24,000 nt of DNA, from contig CAVSLK010000009.1 in assembly GCA_963728685.1 (NCBI GenBank), positions 97,502 to 121,501 of the forward strand. The letters run 5' to 3'. The stretch is from an uncultured Acidobacteriota bacterium (GTDB taxonomy: Bacteria > Acidobacteriota > Blastocatellia > Pyrinomonadales > Pyrinomonadaceae). The position numbers and the translations under genes are program-made. Shown here one piece after another: positions 1 to 7,987 of the stretch (its first letter is position 1; each line of letters opens with the position of its first letter). Under the pieces are notes generated by a model that saw only the letters and a program-made list of their open reading frames with translations, did not search any database and had not been told where the DNA came from.

Positions 1-165
1 CCGGGAAAAATCGCCATTTAGTAAAATCAATATGTAAAAGAGTTGCGCTTGCCCGCCCGGCCTTAGGTCCATGTTCTTTTTGCGTTCAGCGCAGCATTTG
101 CGGCTTTCCTTATGTTCGATTTCAATGCACTATGATTCGATTTCGATTCGTGTTCTAATATTTCG

Positions 166-450
166 ATGACCATGATCAGCGAGGCTGAATTTGCGCGAAT
201 CGTTGCCGGTATTTATGAGGACCGCGCAGGTATAATCAAACATAATCCGATCGGCACTCCGCGGGAAATATTGCTTTGGATGCTTCTGAGCTGTTTGGTC
301 AGTTTTTTGAATTTAACGGAAATTGAAACGCCGTGTTTTACCGGGGCGCCGACAGCCGAAACTTATCGCGAAGCAATACTTTTTATTTTGCGCGATCGTA
401 AGAGCGGCGATTTTGACGCGGAGAAATATTTGGAAACTCTGTGTCAGTAG
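166..450 (+). CDS. hypothetical protein (94 aa)
   Basis: ATG-initiated ORF with balanced composition. Its stop codon lies inside the left arm of a downstream inverted repeat. No family recognised. Confidence 0.5.
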   Translation: MTMISEAEFARIVAGIYEDRAGIIKHNPIGTPREILLWMLLSCLVSFLNLTEIETPCFTGAPTAETYREAILFILRDRKSGDFDAEKYLETLCQ

Positions 451-516
451 CCCGACCGTTAGGGAGGCGCTCTTTTTTGAGTTTACGCCCGCGCTCACGC
501 TTGGGCTACTGACACA
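440..516. repeat. Inverted pair of a REP-like element (TGTGTCAGTAGCCC / GGGCTACTGACACA)
   Basis: 14-bp perfect arms at 440-453 and 503-516. Each arm continues into a related sequence: GTCAGTAGCCCgaCCGTtAGggaGG, and on the reverse strand GTCAGTAGCCCaaGCGTgAGcgcGG. Confidence 0.75.
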
Positions 517-530
517 TTGTAATATTTCAA

Positions 531-1226
531 GTGATGATCATCGAAACTTTTATCCAGACTCCTTTTCAGCAAAACACTCGCGTGGTCGCGTGTGAAAAAA
601 CCCGCCGTGCGATCTGCATCGATCCCGGTGAGCAGTCGCCGGACGTGGCGCAGTTTATCAATGACAATAATTTCGAGTTGCGGGCCATCGCCGTCACTCA
701 CGGGCATCTGGATCACATCGGCGGCACGTCGTATATCAAAGAAAAATTTCCCGCGGCCGACGTGATTCTGCACCCGGCGGAAGAAGAGCTTTATTACTAC
801 CTGCCCAAGCAACCCCTGATGCTCGGGCTCCCGCAGGCGGCGCTCGCGGCGATGGGAATGGATTACGGCGATCCGCCGCCGATCACCCGTAACTGGCAGG
901 ACGGCGAGGTTTACGAGGTAGGAGAGCTGCGGTTCAAAGTGCTGCATTGCCCGGGGCACACCCTCGGGCACATTGTTCTGGCGGAAGAAAACGAGCGCAA
1001 AGTTTTTACCGGCGATTGTCTTTTCTGCGGCTCGATCGGGCGGACCGATCTGCCCGGCGGCTCTCACGAACAACTGATGGATTCGATCACAAACAAGATC
1101 CTGACGCTCGGCGATGATTTCGAGATCCATTCCGGCCACGGCGAAAACACCACCATCGGAAATGAAAAAATTAACAACCCTTTTCTCAACGGCACCTATA
1201 GAATCGGCGGCGGCAATTTTATTTGA
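531..1226 (+). CDS. MBL-fold metallo-hydrolase (glyoxalase II-like)
   Basis: Motifs THGHLDH, CPGHTLGH, FTGDCLF and HSGHGENT. Starts with GTG at 531 or ATG at 534. Confidence 0.9.
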   Translation: MMIIETFIQTPFQQNTRVVACEKTRRAICIDPGEQSPDVAQFINDNNFELRAIAVTHGHLDHIGGTSYIKEKFPAADVILHPAEEELYYYLPKQPLMLGLPQAALAAMGMDYGDPPPITRNWQDGEVYEVGELRFKVLHCPGHTLGHIVLAEENERKVFTGDCLFCGSIGRTDLPGGSHEQLMDSITNKILTLGDDFEIHSGHGENTTIGNEKINNPFLNGTYRIGGGNFI

Positions 1227-1233
1227 GAAAACC

Positions 1234-1259
1234 TCACGCATAAATGCGTAACTCTGAAC
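1234..1259. repeat. Single arm of the GTTCAGAGTTACGC repeat family
   Basis: TCACGCATAAATGCGTAACTCTGAAC is identical to 3108-3133. It lies 7 nt after the stop of the MBL gene. Confidence 0.8.
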
Positions 1260-1276
1260 TCTAAAATCTGAACAAT

Positions 1277-1325
1277 AAAAAAACCGGAACAAGGATGCCC
1301 TGATGAATCCTCATTCCGGTTTTTG
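1277..1325. terminator. Bidirectional terminator-like hairpin between convergent genes
   Basis: AAAAACCGGAAcAAGGAT ... ATCCTcaTTCCGGTTTTT, between the MBL gene (+) and the globin gene (-). Confidence 0.7.
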
Positions 1326-1365
1326 TTCCTCTGCTTTTAAAAAAGCAAGGGAGGAAAACTTAGGT

Positions 1366-1863
1366 CTACGGTTTTTCTACTATATCTTTTTCCAGCCCGG
1401 CAACCGCGGCCATGACTTCGCCTTGTTCCTTGGCGGGAACTTTGAATTTGTTCAGCGTTTCGATCAGCAGCTTGCCGCCCAGGTCCCATTCTTCCTTGGT
1501 GATCCCGAGCCCGGCATGCGACGTTTTCATATCGCGCCCGGTATAGGCACACGGGCCGCCGGCCGCCGCGCAGAGAAAATCGATCACGTGCTGGCGCACT
1601 TTCTTTTTCGAATCGGTGCTCAGGCCGATAAAAAACTTGCCTAGTTTTTTGTCCGCGGCCAACCGGCCGATGAAATCATCCGTAACAGCGGCCAGCGCGT
1701 CATAACCGCCGAGGCGTTTGTAAAGCGATTCCTGCTTTGCTTCCGTCTTTTTGGGGGGTTTATCGGCGGGTTTGTCACTGGTTTTATCAGGCTGCGCCAA
1801 AACACTGCCCGCGCCGAAGACGGCTATCAGGCTCAGGATCAATAACGGTAAAAGTTTTTTCAT
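1366..1863 (-). CDS. Secreted group 1 truncated hemoglobin-like protein
   Basis: Signal peptide MKKLLPLLILSLIAVFGAGSVLA, then SLYKRLGGYDALAAVTDDFIGRLAADKKLGKFF, ...CAAAGGPCAYTGRDMKTSHAGLGI and EEWDLGGKLL. Confidence 0.88.
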   Translation of the reverse strand: MKKLLPLLILSLIAVFGAGSVLAQPDKTSDKPADKPPKKTEAKQESLYKRLGGYDALAAVTDDFIGRLAADKKLGKFFIGLSTDSKKKVRQHVIDFLCAAAGGPCAYTGRDMKTSHAGLGITKEEWDLGGKLLIETLNKFKVPAKEQGEVMAAVAGLEKDIVEKP

Positions 1864-2098
1864 TGTTGGAGACTCCTTTCCTATTTGTGGAACATGTTCA
1901 GGGGATTCTTCGCTATTTTAACGCAAACGGATGCAGAAAGATGTTTAAATTTCAGCCAGGACCCTGATAAGCGGCAACTTTCAACTCAAACCCCCAGATC
2001 GAGCAGATATTTTGCCAGGGGCCCGATACGACCGAGAGTTTCCGGGCGAAATTCGTTATAATTCGCGCAAGGTCTTTAGTTCAAAAACCGGAGGAAAT

Positions 2099-3001
2099 AT
2101 GCGAAAAGTTCTTTCACTATGTCTGCTTTTAAGTTTTTCTGCTTCGGCAGTTTTGGCGCACGGCAACGACAGCCATTTTGAAAACAAGCAGGATGTCACT
2201 GTTAAGACGACCAAAGTTGCCGGCAGCGTTTATCTGCTGCAGGGACGCGGCGGAAATATCGGCGCTCTGGTCGGCCCGGAAGGAATATTGATAGTCGATG
2301 ACGACTATAAGGAAGTAAGTGAAAAACTTGCAGCCGCGCTGAAGGAATTGGGCACGGACAAACCGCGTTTTATTTTCAACACGCATTGGCACGGCGATCA
2401 TACACAGGGCAATCTTTTTTTCGGCAAGGATTCCATTATCGTGGCCCATACAAATGTGCGCAAGCGGGTTTCGCAGGTCAATAAAGTGTTCGGCGAAGAG
2501 GTCCAGCCTTATCCCGCTTACGCCTGGCCGATGATAACTTATTCGGAAAGCATGTCGATACATTTTAACGGCGAAGAGGTGCGCGCGGTTTATTATCCGA
2601 ACGGCCACACCGACGGCGACACGGTCGTTTTCTTTACCAAATCGAATGTGGTGCACCTGGGTGACGATTTTTTCGTCGGCCGGTTTCCTTTTGTCGACCT
2701 CGACAATGGAGGAAGCGTCCAGGGATTGATCGATAACATCGGCATCCTTATCAAACAAATTCCCGCGGATGCAAAACTTATTCCCGGACACGGGCCCATT
2801 TCCAGCATGGACGATCTGAAAACTTATCTACAAAATCTGGTGGAAACTTCGGCCATTGTGCGCGAGGCGATGAAGAATAAGAAAACTCTCGATGAGATAA
2901 AAAAGGCAGGCCTGCCGGAAAAATACAAAGCGTTCGGGAGCGGTTTTATAAAAACCGATTTCTGGATCGAAACCGTGTATAAAAGCTATTCGGTGAAATA
3001 A
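2099..3001 (+). CDS. Secreted MBL-fold metallo-hydrolase
   Basis: GGAGG ribosome-binding site before ATG at 2099, signal peptide MRKVLSLCLLLSFSASAVLA, motifs NTHWHGDHTQGN, YPNGHTDGD, GDDFFVG and PGHGP. The 2012 start in the ORF track is less likely. Confidence 0.9.
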   Translation: MRKVLSLCLLLSFSASAVLAHGNDSHFENKQDVTVKTTKVAGSVYLLQGRGGNIGALVGPEGILIVDDDYKEVSEKLAAALKELGTDKPRFIFNTHWHGDHTQGNLFFGKDSIIVAHTNVRKRVSQVNKVFGEEVQPYPAYAWPMITYSESMSIHFNGEEVRAVYYPNGHTDGDTVVFFTKSNVVHLGDDFFVGRFPFVDLDNGGSVQGLIDNIGILIKQIPADAKLIPGHGPISSMDDLKTYLQNLVETSAIVREAMKNKKTLDEIKKAGLPEKYKAFGSGFIKTDFWIETVYKSYSVK

Positions 3002-3004
3002 TTC

Positions 3005-3133
3005 GTTCAGAGTTACGCCTTTAGGCGTGATGTTCAGATTGCGCATTTACACCCGATCTTCTTTTATCAAACCTAAAGGCGATGCTCTAAACGTAACTGG
3101 GTGAATATCACGCATAAATGCGTAACTCTGAAC
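3005..3133. repeat. Composite palindromic repeat, GTTCAGAGTTACGC family
   Basis: GTTCAGAGTTACGCcTTTAgGCGTGAT at 3005 and ATCACGCaTAAAtGCGTAACTCTGAAC ending at 3133 are inverted with 2 mismatches. Related copies are at 1234-1259 and 9989-10041. Confidence 0.8.
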
Positions 3134-3143
3134 GGGAACTCGC

Positions 3144-3713
3144 TTAATTCGGCAATAAAACCGCGTCGATCACGTGGATAACTCCGTTCGACTGCCGGAC
3201 GTCGGCGATCGTGACTTTCGACCGTCCGCCTTTTTCGTCGGTCAGGATAAGGTCTTTGCCGTCCATCCAGGCAGTCAGAGTTCCGCCCGAAACGGCCTTC
3301 AACACGGCCTTGCCCTTGCCTTTTTTGATGGCTTTAGCGATGGCCCTGGAATCCATGTTGCCCGCCACCACGTGATAGGTCAGGACCTTGACCAGCATCG
3401 CTTTGTTTTCCGGTTGCAGCAGTGTCGCAACGGTCCCTGCCGGCAGCGCGTCGAACGCCGAATTTACCGGCGCAAATACCGTGAACGGGCCCGCGCTCTT
3501 TAATGTCTCGACCAAACCGGCGGCCTTAACGGCGGCGACCAGCGTCGTATGATCTTTCGAATTCACGGCGTTGTCCACGATGTCTTTGGTTTTAAACATC
3601 GCCGCGCCGCCGACCATCGGATTACCGTCGGACATCATTTGCGCCGAAGCAAACGTTGCTCCCGCCGCAAACATTCCCATCACGAACAGAATAGATATTG
3701 CAAATTTTTTCAT
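3144..3713 (-). CDS. Secreted fasciclin (FAS1) domain protein
   Basis: Signal peptide plus FAS1 motifs LVAAVKAAGLVETLKSAGPFTVFAPVNSAFDALP, YHVVAG and ADVRQSNGVIHVIDAVLLP. Confidence 0.95.
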   Translation of the reverse strand: MKKFAISILFVMGMFAAGATFASAQMMSDGNPMVGGAAMFKTKDIVDNAVNSKDHTTLVAAVKAAGLVETLKSAGPFTVFAPVNSAFDALPAGTVATLLQPENKAMLVKVLTYHVVAGNMDSRAIAKAIKKGKGKAVLKAVSGGTLTAWMDGKDLILTDEKGGRSKVTIADVRQSNGVIHVIDAVLLPN

Positions 3714-3807
3714 TTCTTTAAATCCCTCTTTGTTTTATTCGGCCCCCGCGGCCTTTATTTTTGTCTTCGCTATTGGTTTCGCCTCAGAAATGAAGTTGGA
3801 TTTAAAA

Positions 3808-3940
3808 GAGTTTATAGAGTCTATTGAGTTTGTAAAGTCTATAGAGTTTGATCGAGTCAAAGGCCGAATCTATAAACTCGATAGACTCTCTAGACTCCCC
3901 AGACTCTCTAGACTCCTAGACTCTCCAGACTCCCAGACTA
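3808..3940. repeat. Two oppositely oriented arrays of degenerate 9-nt repeats
   Basis: Plus array 3808-3852: GAGTTTATA GAGTCTATT GAGTTTGTA AAGTCTATA GAGTTTGAT. Minus-oriented array 3871-3940: TATAAACTC GATAGACTC TCTAGACTC CCCAGACTC TCTAGACTC CTAGACTC TCCAGACTC CCAGACTA. Confidence 0.85.
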
Positions 3941-4930
3941 TTGGGGTGCGGATGTTGTGAATTGCATATCGTGGGAAATGATGCCCGTGAAAACTCCCTG
4001 GTAATGGACGAAAGTTTCTTGCCCGGATTGGTACGTGATGAGCGCAGTCGCAAAAAACGGCACGGTGACCTTTGCCATCTGCACTGTCACGGTGACGTCC
4101 AGTTCGGACTCTGCCGGGACCGTCACCGTTTCGTACCACTGCCAGGTCCTTCCGCTTTCGTTCTCTTCATTCATATTTACCGTTAGGGAAGTATCGCCCG
4201 CGACAAACTTGCCGGCTACGATCCTCGGGGCCATAGCCGAAAAAGGAGGGATCTTGACGTTGCTCATATCGGCGACGATCTGTGTTTCCGTCCACTCTGA
4301 AATTTCCGGCGCATCTTCCTGTCCTTTTACGATCACCTGGGCCGGAGCATCGGTGTTATTTTCCAGTGTGTCCGAATAAAGTTCCACCGGGTCCAGCTCC
4401 TCAATGGTTGCCGATCTGAAATCATGATCAGGTTCGGTCCATGCGAACGTCGCTACCGAATCCACCTTACCCGATGTCCAGATCTGCATTCCCTGCCCGA
4501 GCTCGTGCCCCGTATATATGGCCAGAAGCCCGTCATCATGCAGCGCCAGGTGATATTGGCCTGCTCCCGGCGCGTTTCCCGCACACCAAAAGGCGGGGCT
4601 TTGTTTATGATCCGGATCGGTCCCGTAGTAAACACACAAATTTCCGTCCGCCTGCATTATGACGACAACATTAGTGTTGTAGGCTGGCAATGTATTTACC
4701 TCTGTATACCACAGGCGCCAATCGGTGATGCCGGCGCTCGGAAAGCCCCGCGTGGTGCCCAGCGTAAGACTTCCGCTCCAATCTACCGTACCATTCCATG
4801 AATTAAGAGTGAGCGTGTAAAAGCTGCTGGGAGAGGTAAGAACGATCGTTTCATTTCCATCCGGATCCCCTGCCGGCGTGGAACAAGATCTAAACTGGCC
4901 GTCTAATAAATATGAAATAAGGTCTGCCAT
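3938..4930 (-). CDS. Bulb-type lectin-like protein with a C-terminal beta-rich, possibly aerolysin-like domain
   Basis: N-terminus: VVVIMQADGNLCVYYG..AFWCAGN..YHLALHDDGLLAIY, the B-lectin pattern. C-terminus: Thr/Val-alternating TLENNTDAPAQVIV...WQWYETVTVPAESELDVTVTVQMAKVTVPFFATALITY. AAAGGA ribosome-binding site upstream. Confidence 0.65.
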   Translation of the reverse strand: MADLISYLLDGQFRSCSTPAGDPDGNETIVLTSPSSFYTLTLNSWNGTVDWSGSLTLGTTRGFPSAGITDWRLWYTEVNTLPAYNTNVVVIMQADGNLCVYYGTDPDHKQSPAFWCAGNAPGAGQYHLALHDDGLLAIYTGHELGQGMQIWTSGKVDSVATFAWTEPDHDFRSATIEELDPVELYSDTLENNTDAPAQVIVKGQEDAPEISEWTETQIVADMSNVKIPPFSAMAPRIVAGKFVAGDTSLTVNMNEENESGRTWQWYETVTVPAESELDVTVTVQMAKVTVPFFATALITYQSGQETFVHYQGVFTGIISHDMQFTTSAPQ

Positions 4931-4972
4931 AATGTTTTCCTTTTATCTCGCTTTTTATCGCTGGCGCGATCG

Positions 4973-6949
4973 TTATACCGCTTCCTGCTCCTCTTCCTCT
5001 TTGGCTTTAGCTACCTCCATTTTTTGCGCCACACTGCCCATATACAGTTTCGCGTCGCCCTGCGTTTTTATTGACTGGAGCTTAAAAGCGATCGCGTTCT
5101 TTGCTTCCTCGCCGCCGCCGGAAAGCTCTAGCTCCGCCGCTGCCGCCATCTGCAAAAATCCGTGAAGATTTCCGCTTTCCGGCAGTGGCGCGGCATCGTT
5201 GGCATCCATTTCTTCCTGGCTTATTTGTCTGGCCGCCTGCGGCGGGCCTGCCGGCATATCGACCGGCCCGATGCAATCCGCGCGCGGGATTCCCGTAATA
5301 AGCTGCCTGAGGCTGTTTGCGTTCAGATCTCTTTGGGTCAGGTTCGGCAGCCCGAACAGGTCTTCCACGGTTTTTAGTATCGTAGTGTGGTCGTAAAGAG
5401 TATGGTCTATCAGGTTGGCTATTTGCGGTGAAACTATTACCGCCGGGACCCGCACGCCGAGCACCGAAAAATCAAATCCATTCACATTCAATCCCTGATC
5501 GTAGTCCCTGGGAGGGGTGACGTTCGTCGGCGGATGAACGTGGTCGTAATATCCCCCGTGTTCATCGTACGTGATGATCAACAGGCTGGTCGGCCAAACC
5601 GGCGAATTGCGAATGGCATTATATGTTGCGGCTATCAGCTTTTCGCCTGCTAAGAGCGAGTCCGTCGGATGCTGGGATGACCCGCCGCGATATGATCCGC
5701 TGCCCGCGTCGCCGTAGTTAGGCTCTATCCAGGTGAAATGCGTCACATAGGGCTGCTTTATCAAGGCCTGTGGTAAAAATTCAAAACGCTGGACCATCGG
5801 GCCCCATTGGCGAATATTCTGTAACCCGGACGCTATGGCCCAGGCCCCGCCGTTCCTCAGGTTTCCACTGTTCCAGCGATCGGTATTAAAAAGATCGCTG
5901 GAATCATTGTATATGTGCCATTTTAAGCCTTTGACAGTCAGCAGATCGAAGATAGTTCCATAGTCTTTTCCGTTTCTCGCCCGGAATCCGGATGTCGTTT
6001 CAAACGTCTTTACCTGGCTGCGGCTTGGAGATACGTCCAGCCCGCCGGCGGTGCCGCACGTGGCAAAAAAGCGGTTCGGCCACGTCGGCCCCGGCATCGA
6101 CGAATGCCAGCTATCGCAAACCGCGTAATTTTTGGCGAGTTTGTATAGCACGGGTATCTGATCGGGCGTGGCACAGGCCATTATATCTTTGTAATGGTCG
6201 GAGGTTGGGGGCGGAAAGGTTTTGCCCTCATCAACTTTTGGCTTGGTGTAATTTGAAACAAACCCGCTGCAATCGATCTTCGGATACGGCTTATTAGGAA
6301 ATGGATTGGAAACGCCAGGGCCGCAAAGCTGCTCCAATGTATCGAGGAATTCATGGCCCGGGTCGGTGGTCATCGGATCAAAGGCGCCTTTTTGCACGAC
6401 GAATGGAGGCGCGCCGGGAATCGAATTGGATTCCGTTCCGGTGAGGCCGTTGATGGCGGTCGCGTTGCCCTGCTGGTCCTTTCCCGTGATACCCGAGAAT
6501 CCCAGCAGGTGATCGAATGAATGATTTTCCAGCATCAAAACAAAAACATTTGTGATCGGCGAATAATCGTTCAATCTCCACATGCCGGCGCTGCACCCGC
6601 CAGAGAGCAGGTTGATCTTGAAAGTGCTGGTATCAACCGTATTGGTGATATCCTTGCCGGCGTCCGCTGAGGCAAGCATGCATTGTTTTCTTGGGCCGAC
6701 ACTTGCGTAGTTACCGGGGTGGGGGCCGTCCTTTACCTGAATTGTGCACCACCACCCGTCGATCAGACTGGCCCTTGGGCCGGTCTCGAAATGAACGACC
6801 AGCGGGCCGACCGTTTGTCCGGGCGCGGCCTGCCACGAACCCATATCGAGAGGGCGGTCGAAATACTGGTGTGTCATCTGGATCGCGGCGTTGCCGCCGG
6901 TGTTGTTGGTAATATAAACGTTCGCAGTTTGAGGCGTAGACAAAGGCAT
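4973..6949 (-). CDS. Phosphoesterase / phospholipase C-acid phosphatase superfamily protein with N-terminal extension
   Basis: VFVLMLENHSFDHLLGF, HSSMPGPTWPNRFFA, VTHFTWIEPNYGDAG, IITYDEHGGYYDHVHPP, GVRVPAVIVSPQIA and DHTTILKTVEDLFGLP. About 150 aa precede the catalytic domain. Confidence 0.9.
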   Translation of the reverse strand: MPLSTPQTANVYITNNTGGNAAIQMTHQYFDRPLDMGSWQAAPGQTVGPLVVHFETGPRASLIDGWWCTIQVKDGPHPGNYASVGPRKQCMLASADAGKDITNTVDTSTFKINLLSGGCSAGMWRLNDYSPITNVFVLMLENHSFDHLLGFSGITGKDQQGNATAINGLTGTESNSIPGAPPFVVQKGAFDPMTTDPGHEFLDTLEQLCGPGVSNPFPNKPYPKIDCSGFVSNYTKPKVDEGKTFPPPTSDHYKDIMACATPDQIPVLYKLAKNYAVCDSWHSSMPGPTWPNRFFATCGTAGGLDVSPSRSQVKTFETTSGFRARNGKDYGTIFDLLTVKGLKWHIYNDSSDLFNTDRWNSGNLRNGGAWAIASGLQNIRQWGPMVQRFEFLPQALIKQPYVTHFTWIEPNYGDAGSGSYRGGSSQHPTDSLLAGEKLIAATYNAIRNSPVWPTSLLIITYDEHGGYYDHVHPPTNVTPPRDYDQGLNVNGFDFSVLGVRVPAVIVSPQIANLIDHTLYDHTTILKTVEDLFGLPNLTQRDLNANSLRQLITGIPRADCIGPVDMPAGPPQAARQISQEEMDANDAAPLPESGNLHGFLQMAAAAELELSGGGEEAKNAIAFKLQSIKTQGDAKLYMGSVAQKMEVAKAKEEEEQEAV

Positions 6950-7210
6950 ATGTTAAAAATCCTGATGTGAAAATTACATCTTTCTACGAAGCGCAGAAAA
7001 AACGCTGCATTTCAATTCTGGCCGGCGATCATAGAGACCGGTTAAATTAGATACTGGAAACCGAAAAGCGCCGGAAATGCGGGAATAAAGCCCGGCACGA
7101 TGTGCTAAAACTAATGATGCCAGAAACTTAACACAAAGCCTTGCCCGTCGCAAGCGATATTGAAATTTGAGTAGTGTCCTAAAGCCGTAATAGCGAGAAC
7201 CGGCCTACCC

Positions 7211-7293
7211 TTCGGAATAGATAATAACTGAGAGATGATAGATGACAGATCGAATCTCTCAGCTATCATCTATGATCTTTCATCTATTCCGAA
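7211..7293 (-). repeat. 83-bp palindromic MITE/REP-like element, copy 1
   Basis: TTCGGAATAGAT...ATCTATTCCGAA, 12-bp perfect terminal inverted repeats. Its reverse complement matches 15755-15837. Confidence 0.8.
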
Positions 7294-7414
7294 ATGGTAA
7301 TTTCACGCCAGAACGCAAAAGTGTATCTAACCACCACTGAATTAGGATACTGCCAAAATTTAGTAGTAGGTCAGTTTGAAGTGAGCATAAGAAAAAAATG
7401 ACAAGTTGAACAAG

Positions 7415-7444
7415 CTCAAGGTTCGGAAGGGTGCTTGCACCCGC
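7415..7444 (-). repeat. GCGGGCGCAAGC-family short repeat, copy downstream of an XRE gene
   Basis: CTCAAGGTTCGGAAGGGTGCTTGCACCCGC. The reverse complement resembles 8691-8723. Confidence 0.7.
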
Positions 7445-7449
7445 CGTTT

Positions 7450-7713
7450 TTATCTAAGAAGTCTCTTCGGTAAATCCATTTTGTCGTCGACGAGCACTTC
7501 CATATTGATCCCGGCCAGGCGGGCATATTTTAAGAGCGTTATTAGCGTTGGTTCTCGTACGCCTAACTCATAACCGGAGATCGCGCTACGATCTATCCTG
7601 TCGGCTAGATCTAATTCCACAAGAATCTCATTTTGAGACAAGCCTAAACCAGATCTGATCTGTAGGAGCTTTTCTGGCAATCTCTCTGGCCTTTCTCTCG
7701 ATCCTCGTCCCAT
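7450..7713 (-). CDS. Small XRE-family helix-turn-helix protein (87 aa)
   Basis: LPEKLLQIRSGLGLSQNEILVELDLADRIDRSAISGYELGVREPTLITLLKYARLAGINMEVLVDD. Confidence 0.88.
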   Translation of the reverse strand: MGRGSRERPERLPEKLLQIRSGLGLSQNEILVELDLADRIDRSAISGYELGVREPTLITLLKYARLAGINMEVLVDDKMDLPKRLLR

Positions 7714-7723
7714 TAGAAATCCA

Positions 7724-7987
7724 TTAGTTGAGAAACCTTTTCGGCAAATCTAAATCATCGTCAATCAGCACATCGGTAGAAATTCTGACAATACGCGCAT
7801 ACGACAGCAGCACAGGTAGAGGAGGTTCTCGAATTCCCAGCTCAAAAGCCGAGATATAGTTTCTTGTAAACAACTCAGAAAATCCCAATCTTTGAACCAT
7901 TTCACTCTGAGATAATCCGAGGCTTTCACGAATCCGTAAAAGTTTATTTGCTAGACGCTTTGGCTTCATTCTTTTAGCTTTTCCCAT
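7724..7987 (-). CDS. Small XRE-family helix-turn-helix protein (87 aa), tandem paralog
   Basis: LANKLLRIRESLGLSQSEMVQRLGFSELFTRNYISAFELGIREPPLPVLLSYARIVRISTDVLIDDDLDLPKRFLN. Confidence 0.9.
   Translation of the reverse strand: MGKAKRMKPKRLANKLLRIRESLGLSQSEMVQRLGFSELFTRNYISAFELGIREPPLPVLLSYARIVRISTDVLIDDDLDLPKRFLN

Noticed and set aside
495-1292. 265-aa minus-strand ORF overlapping the MBL gene
   Set aside because: Antisense to a gene with unmistakable MBL motifs. No signature of its own, so treated as a GC-driven shadow ORF.
2129-2791. 220-aa minus-strand ORF
   Set aside because: Antisense shadow of the secreted MBL protein.
3808-3940. CRISPR array hypothesis for the repetitive tract
   Set aside because: Units are 9 nt with no unique spacers and no cas genes nearby. 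It is a microsatellite-like inverted array.
7290-7450. IS element remnant in the gene-poor gap, suggested by AGTAGTGTCCTAA and TTAGGATACTGCC at 7173-7360
   Set aside because: The inverted match is short and imperfect, and no transposase fragment was detected in the ORF track.
7450-7987. Toxin-antitoxin interpretation of the small XRE genes
   Set aside because: No toxin-like ORF is adjacent on either strand. Both neighbours are HTH paralogs.
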